64,000 bases of DNA from the human T2T-CHM13v2.0 reference genome, Homo sapiens: assembly GCF_009914755.1 (NCBI RefSeq), contig NC_060939.1. The stretch is one strand, 5' to 3'. Positions 56,392 through 64,000 of the stretch are shown here, piece by piece. The notes beneath the pieces were generated by a model. It saw nothing but the letters and a program-made list of their open reading frames with translations. It had not been told where the DNA came from and ran no database searches. The first letter of the stretch is position 1. Every line of letters starts with the position of its first letter. The position numbers and the translations under genes are program-made.

Positions 56392-59300
56392 CTGCTGACT
56401 AGTTTTTATTTGAAGATATTTCCCTTTTCACCTTAGGCCTAAGAGTGCTCGAAATGTCCATTTCCACATACTCCACAAAGTGTGTTTCAAACGTGCTGTA
56501 TGAAAGGGAATGTTCAACTCTATGAGTTGAATGCAAACATCACAAAGAAGATTCTGAGAATGCTTTTGTCTAGATTTTATATGAAGATATTCCCGTGTCC
56601 AACGAAATTTTCAAAGGTCTCCAAATATCCATTTGTAGATTCTACAAAAAGAGTGTTTCCAAACTGCTGTATCAAAACAAAGGTTGAACTCTGTGAGTTG
56701 AGGACACACATCACAAATAAGTTTCTGAGAATGCTTCTGTCTAGTTTTTATTTGAAGATGTTTCCTTTTTCACCATAGGCCTGAAAGCGCTCGAAATGTC
56801 CACTTCCAGATAGTACAGAAAGAGTGTTTCAAACCTGCTCTATGAACGGGAATGTTCAGCTCTGTGAGTTGAATGCAAACATCACAAAGCAGGTTCTGAG
56901 AATGCTTCCGTCTAGATTTTAAATGAGGATATTCCCGTTTCCAACGAAATCCTCGAAGCTATCCAAATATCCACTTGCAGATTCCACAAAAAGAGTGTTT
57001 CAAAACTGCTCTGTCAAAAGATAGGTTCAACTCTGTTAGTTGAGTACACACATGGCAAACAAGATTCCGAGAATGCTTTCGTCTAGTTTTTTTGGGAAGA
57101 TATTTCCTTCTTCACCATAGGCCACAAAGCGCTCCAAATATCCATTTCCACATGCTATACAAAGAGTGTCTCAAACCTGCTGTATGAATGGGAATGTTCA
57201 ACTCTATGAGTTGAATGCAAACATCACAAAGAAGTTTCTGAGAATGCTTCTGTCTAGTTTTTATGGGAAGATATTTCCTTTTTCACCGTAGGCCTCAAAG
57301 CACTCCAAATGTCCACTTTCACATACTACAAAAAGAGTGTTTCAAACCTGTTGTATGAAAGGGAATGTTCAACTCTATGAGTTGAATGCAAACATTACAA
57401 AGAAGTTTCTGAGAATGCTTCTGTCTAGATTTTATATGAAGGTTTTCCCGTTTCCAACGAAATTTTCAATGCTCTCAAAATATCCACTTGTAGATTCTAC
57501 AAAAAGAGTGTTTCCAAACTGCTGTGTCAAAAGAAAGGTTCAACTCTGTTAGTTGAGGACACACATCACAAATAAGTTTCTGAGAATGCTTCTGTCTAGT
57601 TCTTATTTGAAGACATTTCCTTTCTCACCTTAGGCCTGAAAACGCTCGAAATATCCACTTCCAGATACGACAGAAACAGTGATTCAAACCTGCTCTATGA
57701 AAGGGAATGTTCAACTAGGTGACTTGAATGCAAACATCACAAAGCAGTTTCTGAGAATGCTGCTGTCTACTTTCTATTTGTAATCCCGTTTCCAACGAAA
57801 TCCTCAGAACTATCGAAATTTCCAATTGCAGATTCCACAAAAAGCGTGTTTCAAAGCTGCTCTGTAAAAAGAAAGGTTCAACTCTGTTAGTTGAATACAC
57901 ACGTCACAAACAAGTTTCTGAGAATGCTTCTGTCTAGTTTTTATGGGAAGATATTTCCTTTTTCACGGTAGGCCTCAAAGCGCTCCAAATGTCCACTTCC
58001 ACATACTACAAAAAGAGTGTTTCAAACCTGCTCTATGATAGGGAATGTTGAAACCTATGAGTTGAATGCAAGCATTACAAAGAGGTTTCTGAGAATGCTT
58101 CTGTCTAGATTTTATATGTAGATATTCCCGTTTCCAACGAAATCCTCAAAGCTATCCAAATATCAACTTGCAGATTCTACAAAAGGAATGTTTCCAAAAT
58201 GCTGTATCCAAACAAAGGTTCAACTCTGTGAATTGAGGGCATACATCACAAAGAAGATTCTGAGAATGCTTCTGTCTAGATTTTATATGAAAATATTCCC
58301 GTTTCCAACGAAATCCTCAAAGCTATCCAAATATCCACTTGCAAATGCCACAAAAAGAGTGTTTCCAAACTGCTCTGTGAAAAGGAAGGTTCAACTCTGT
58401 TAGTTGAGTACACACATCACAAAGAGGTTTCTGAGAATGCTGCTGACTAGTTTTTATTTGAAGATATTTCCCTTTTCACCTTAGGCCTAAGAGTGCTCGA
58501 AATGTCCATTTCCACATACTCCACAAAGTGTGTTTCAAACGTGCTGTATGAAAGGGAATGTTCAACTCTATGAGTTGAATGCAAACATCACAAAGAAGAC
58601 TCTGAGAATGCTTTTGTCTAGATTTTATATGAAGATATTCCCGTGTCCAACGAAATTTTCAAAGGTCTCCAAATATCCATTTGTAGATTCTACAAAAAGA
58701 GTGTTTCCAAACTGCTGTATCAAAACAAAGGTTGAACTCTGTGAGTTGAGGACACACATCACAAATAAGTTTCTGAGAATGCTTCTGTCTAGTTTTTATT
58801 TGAAGATGTTTCCTTTTTCACCATAGGCCTGAAAGCGCTCGAAATGTCCACTTCCAGATAGTACAGAAAGAGTGTTTCAAACCTGCTCTATGAACGGGAA
58901 TGTTCAGCTCTGTGAGTTGAATGCAAACATCACAAAGCAGGTTCTGAGAATGCTTCCGTCTAGATTTTAAATGAGGATATTCCCGTTTCCAACGAAATCC
59001 TCGAAGCTATCCAAATATCCACTTGCAGATTCCACAAAAAGAGTGTTTCAAAACTGCTCTGTCAAAAGATAGGTTCAACTCTGTTAGTTGAGTACACACA
59101 TGGCAAACAAGATTCCGAGAATGCTTTCGTCTAGTTTTTTTGGGAAGATATTTCCTTCTTCACCATAGGCCACAAAGCGCTCCAAATATCCATTTCCACA
59201 TGCTATACAAAGAGTGTCTCAAACCTGCTGTATGAATGGGAATGTTCAACTCTATGAGTTGAATGCAAACATCACAAAGAAGTTTCTGAGAATGCTTCTG

Positions 59301-60487
59301 TCTAGTTTTTATGGGAAGATATTTCCTTTTTCACCGTAGGCCTCAAAGCACTCCAAATGTCCACTTTCACATACTACAAAAAGAGTGTTTCAAACCTGTT
59401 GTATGAAAGGGAATGTTCAACTCTATGAGTTGAATGCAAACATTACAAAGAAGTTTCTGAGAATGCTTCTGTCTAGATTTTATATGAAGGTTTTCCCGTT
59501 TCCAACGAAATTTTCAATGCTCTCAAAATATCCACTTGTAGATTCTACAAAAAGAGTGTTTCCAAACTGCTGTGTCAAAAGAAAGGTTCAACTCTGTTAG
59601 TTGAGGACACACATCACAAATAAGTTTCTGAGAATGCTTCTGTCTAGTTCTTATTTGAAGACATTTCCTTTCTCACCTTAGGCCTGAAAACGCTCGAAAT
59701 ATCCACTTCCAGATACGACAGAAACAGTGATTCAAACCTGCTCTATGAAAGGGAATGTTCAACTAGGTGACTTGAATGCAAACATCACAAAGCAGTTTCT
59801 GAGAATGCTGCTGTCTACTTTCTATTTGTAATCCCGTTTCCAACGAAATCCTCAGAACTATCGAAATTTCCAATTGCAGATTCCACAAAAAGCGTGTTTC
59901 AAAGCTGCTCTGTAAAAAGAAAGGTTCAACTCTGTTAGTTGAATACACACGTCACAAACAAGTTTCTGAGAATGCTTCTGTCTAGTTTTTATGGGAAGAT
60001 ATTTCCTTTTTCACCGTAGGCCTCAAAGCGCTCCAAATGTCCACTTCCACATACTACAAAAAGAGTGTTTCAAACCTGCTCTATGATAGGGAATGTTGAA
60101 ACCTATGAGTTGAATGCAAGCATTACAAAGAGGTTTCTGAGAATGCTTCTGTCTAGATTTTATATGTAGATATTCCCGTTTCCAACGAAATCCTCAAAGC
60201 TATCCAAATATCAACTTGCAGATTCTACAAAAGGAATGTTTCCAAAATGCTGTATCCAAACAAAGGTTCAACTCTGTGAATTGAGGACATACATCACAAA
60301 GAAGATTCTGAGAATGCTTCTGTCTAGATTTTATATGAAAATATTCCCGTTTCCAACGAAATCCTCACAGCTATCCAAATATCCACTTGCAAATGCCACA
60401 AAAAGAGTGTTTCCAAACTGCTCTGTGAAAAGGAAGGTTCAACTCTGTTAGTTGAGTACACACATCACAAAGAGGTTTCTGAGAATG
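56392..60487 (-). repeat. Two tandem 12-mer HOR variants (2048 bp each)
   Basis: Spacings 56482->58530->60578. m5 is followed directly by m9 (~57248, ~59296). Shared private SNVs: GGCCACAAAG, AAAGCACTCC, CCACTTTCAC and CCTGTTGTATG. Confidence 0.92.
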
Positions 60488-63400
60488 CTGCTGACTAGTT
60501 TTTATTTGAAGATATTTCCCTTTTCACCTTAGGCCTAAGAGTGCTCGAAATGTCCATTTCCACATACTCCACAAAGTGTGTTTCAAACGTGCTGTATGAA
60601 AGGGAATGTTCAACTCTATGAGTTGAATGCAAACATCACAAAGAAGATTCTGAGAATGCTTTTGTCTAGATTTTATATGAAGATATTCCCGTGTCCAACG
60701 AAATTTTCAAAGGTCTCCAAATATCCATTTGTAGATTCTACAAAAAGAGTGTTTCCAAACTGCTGTATCAAAACAAAGGTTGAACTCTGTGAGTTGAGGA
60801 CACACATCACAAATAAGTTTCTGAGAATGCTTCTGTCTAGTTTTTATTTGAAGATGTTTCCTTTTTCACCATAGGCCTGAAAGCGCTCGAAATGTCCACT
60901 TCCAGATAGTACAGAAAGAGTGTTTCAAACCTGCTCTATGAACGGGAATGTTCAGCTCTGTGAGTTGAATGCAAACATCACAAAGCAGGTTCTGAGAATG
61001 CTTCCGTCTAGATTTTAAATGAGGATATTCCCGTTTCCAACGAAATCCTCGAAGCTATCCAAATATCCACTTGCAGATTCCACAAAAAGAGTGTTTCAAA
61101 ACTGCTCTGTCAAAAGATAGGTTCAACTCTGTTAGTTGAGTACACACATGGCAAACAAGATTCCGAGAATGCTTTCGTCTAGTTTTTTTGGGAAGATATT
61201 TCCTTTTTCACCGTAGGCCTCAAAGCGCTCCAAATGTCCACTTCCACATACTACAAAAAGAGTGTTTCAAACCTGCTGTATGAAAGGGAATGTTCAACTC
61301 TATGAGTTGAATGCAAACATTACAAAGTAGTTTCTGAGAATGCTTCTGTCTAGATTTTATATGAAGGTTTTCCCGTTTCCAACGAAATTTTCAATGCTCT
61401 CAAAATATCCACTTGTAGATTCTACAAAAAGAGTGTTTCCAAACTGCTGTGTCAAAAGAAAGGTTCAACTCTGTTAGTTGAGGACACACATCACAAATAA
61501 GTTTCTGAGAATGCTTCTGTCTAGTTCTTATTTGAAGACATTTCCTTTCTCACCTTAGGCCTGAAAACGCTCGAAATATCCACTTCCAGATACGACAGAA
61601 ACAGTGATTCAAACCTGCTCTATGAAAGGGAATGTTCAACTAGGTGACTTGAATGCAAACATCACAAAGCAGTTTCTGAGAATGCTGCTGTCTACTTTCT
61701 ATTTGTAATCCCGTTTCCAACGAAATCCTCAGAACTATCGAAATTTCCAATTGCAGATTCCACAAAAAGCGTGTTTCAAAGCTGCTCTGTAAAAAGAAAG
61801 GTTCAACTCTGTTAGTTGAATACGCACGTCACAAACAAGTTTCTGAGAATGCTTCTGTCTAGTTTTTATGGGAAGATATTTCCTTTTTCACGGTAGGCCT
61901 CAAAGCGCTCCAAATGTCCACTTCCACATACTACAAAAAGAGTGTTTCAAACCTGCTCTATGATAGGGAATGTTGAAACCTATGAGTTGAATGCAAGCAT
62001 TACAAAGAGGTTTCTGAGAATGCTTCTGTCTAGATTTTATATGTAGATATTCCCGTTTCCAACGAAATCCTCAAAGCTATCCAAATATCAACTTGCAGAT
62101 TCTACAAAAGGAATGTTTCCAAAATGCTGTATCCAAACAAAGGTTCAACTCTGTGAATTGAGGGCATACATCACAAAGAAGATTCTGAGAATGCTTCTGT
62201 CTAGATTTTATATGAAAATATTCCCGTTTCCAACGAAATCCTCAAAGCTATCCAAATATCCACTTGCAAATGCCACAAAAAGAGTGTTTCCAAACTGCTC
62301 TGTGAAAAGGAAGGTTCAACTCTGTTAGTTGAGTACACACATCACAAAGAGGTTTCTGAGAATGCTGCTGACTAGTTTTTATTTGAAGATATTTCCCTTT
62401 TCACCTTAGGCCTAAGAGTGCTCGAAATGTCCATTTCCACATACTCCACAAAGTGTGTTTCAAACGTGCTGTATGAAAGGGAATGTTCAACTCTATGAGT
62501 TGAATGCAAACATCACAAAGAAGATTCTGAGAATGCTTTTGTCTAGATTTTATATGAAGATATTCCCGTGTCCAACGAAATTTTCAAAGGTCTCCAAATA
62601 TCCATTTGTAGATTCTACAAAAAGAGTGTTTCCAAACTGCTGTATCAAAACAAAGGTTGAACTCTGTGAGTTGAGGACACACATCACAAATAAGTTTCTG
62701 AGAATGCTTCTGTCTAGTTTTTATTTGAAGATGTTTCCTTTTTCACCATAGGCCTGAAAGCGCTCGAAATGTCCACTTCCAGATAGTACAGAAAGAGTGT
62801 TTCAAACCTGCTCTATGAACGGGAATGTTCAGCTCTGTGAGTTGAATGCAAACATCACAAAGCAGGTTCTGAGAATGCTTCCGTCTAGATTTTAAATGAG
62901 GATATTCCCGTTTCCAACGAAATCCTCGAAGCTATCCAAATATCCACTTGCAGATTCCACAAAAAGAGTGTTTCAAAACTGCTCTGTCAAAAGATAGGTT
63001 CAACTCTGTTAGTTGAGTACACACATGGCAAACAAGATTCCGAGAATGCTTTCGTCTAGTTTTTTTGGGAAGATATTTCCTTTTTCACCGTAGGCCTCAA
63101 AGCGCTCCAAATGTCCACTTCCACATACTACAAAAAGAGTGTTTCAAACCTGCTGTATGAAAGGGAATGTTCAACTCTATGAGTTGAATGCAAACATTAC
63201 AAAGAAGTTTCTGAGAATGCTTCTGTCTAGATTTTATATGAAGGTTTTCCCGTTTCCAACGAAATTTTCAATGCTCTCAAAATATCCACTTGTAGATTCT
63301 ACAAAAAGAGTGTTTCCAAACTGCTGTGTCAAAAGAAAGGTTCAACTCTGTTAGTTGAGGACACACATCACAAATAAGTTTCTGAGAATGCTTCTGTCTA

Positions 63401-64000
63401 GTTCTTATTTGAAGACATTTCCTTTCTCACCTTAGGCCTGAAAACGCTCGAAATATCCACTTCCAGATACGACAGAAACAGTGATTCAAACCTGCTCTAT
63501 GAAAGGGAATGTTCAACTAGGTGACTTGAATGCAAACATCACAAAGCAGTTTCTGAGAATGCTGCTGTCTACTTTCTATTTGTAATCCCGTTTCCAACGA
63601 AATCCTCAGAACTATCGAAATTTCCAAATGCAGATTCCACAGAAACAGGGTTTCAAAGCTGCTCTGTAAAAAGAAAGGTTCAACTCTGTTAGTTGAATAC
63701 ACACGTCACAAACAAGTTTCTGAGAATGCTTCTGTCTAGTTTTTATGGGAAGATATTTCCTTTTTCACCGTAGGCCTCAAAGCGCTCCAAATGTCCACTT
63801 CCACATACTACAAAAAGAGTGTTTCAAACCTGCTCTATGATAGGGAATGTTGAAACCTATGAGTTGAATGCAAGCATTACAAAGAGGTTTCTGAGAATGC
63901 TTCTGTCTAGATTTTATATGTAGAGATTCCCGTTTCCAACGAAATCCTCAAAGCTATCCAAATATCAACTTGCAGATTCTACAAAAGGAATGTTTCCAAA

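Larger units (their letters stand above)
1..64000 (-). repeat. Centromeric alpha-satellite array (~171-bp monomers), dimeric A/B (SF2-like) type; probably D15Z3/S2C15H1L
   Basis: TTTCTGAGAATG (reverse complement of the consensus start CATTCTCAGAAA) recurs about every 171 bp throughout. CENP-B-box and pJalpha-box monomers alternate. Shortened B monomers carry GGAAACGGGATTACAAATAGAAAGTAGACAGCAGCATTC on the - strand. Alpha-satellite identity is certain; the chromosome 15 assignment rests on recalled 15-mer/11-mer HOR sizes and is less sure (~0.7). Confidence 0.99.
44988..64000 (-). repeat. Homogeneous HOR block, unit order 15,15,15(del21),11,11,12,12,11,11(partial)
   Basis: m14 marker at 47293, 49850, 52386, 54263, 56140, 58188, 60236, 62113 and 63990 gives spacings of 2557, 2536, 1877, 1877, 2048, 2048, 1877, 1877. 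Copies differ by only scattered SNVs. Confidence 0.92.

Noticed and set aside
88-63702. Numerous short ORFs (61-113 aa) such as MFQTCCMKGNVQLYEL..., MYSTNRVEPFFLQ... and MFPKCCIQTK...
   Set aside because: They are translations of alpha-satellite monomers (171 is divisible by 3, so frames persist). Many start at GTG/TTG, they recur at HOR periods, and they are freely broken by stops and frameshifts. There is no evidence of coding function; I used them only as position markers.
1-64000. CRISPR-like array (conserved motifs separated by variable sequence)
   Set aside because: The intervening sequences are homologous to each other rather than unique spacers, the period is 171 bp, and there are no cas genes.
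1-64000. Transposon insertion (L1/Alu) or inversion within the array
   Set aside because: By eye I saw no poly-A tail, non-satellite segment or strand switch. All marker spacings are near-multiples of ~170.5 bp, leaving no room for a sizeable insertion.
1-64000. A previously undescribed gene-based biological system
   Set aside because: Nothing in the sequence supports one. All structure is accounted for by alpha-satellite HOR organisation and its rearrangements.

Overview
The whole 64 kb is uninterrupted primate (human-type) centromeric alpha-satellite DNA: about 375 tandem ~171-bp monomers, all in one orientation. CENP-B boxes read TCCCG(T/C)TTCCAACGAAA on +, so the conventional alpha-satellite consensus runs on the - strand. 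I saw no genes, RNA genes, transposon insertions or inversions, and every ORF in the track is a by-product of the repeat. Monomers alternate between CENP-B-box (B) and pJalpha-box (A) types, a dimeric organisation resembling suprachromosomal family 2. The higher-order repeat (HOR) is a 15-mer of 2557 bp with 11-mer derivatives. From recall this best fits the chromosome 15 D15Z3 / S2C15H1L array, but I have not verified that. I label the 15-mer monomers m1-m15 along + (my numbering, m1 = CTGCTGACTAGT...). The window looks like the edge of an active array with four layers. (1) 1-8.5 kb: diverged, irregular HORs. (2) 8.5-20.9 kb: a distinct 1870-bp 11-mer in two alternating haplotypes, with damaged CENP-B boxes. 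(3) 20.9-45 kb: a (10-mer + 15-mer + 11-mer) macro-repeat. (4) 45-64 kb: homogeneous 15/11/12-mers with intact boxes. I found no new protein-coding or RNA system. The interesting content is the recorded history of HOR rearrangement. Unit lengths come from spacings of recurrent ORF-track starts, checked by eye against the sequence.
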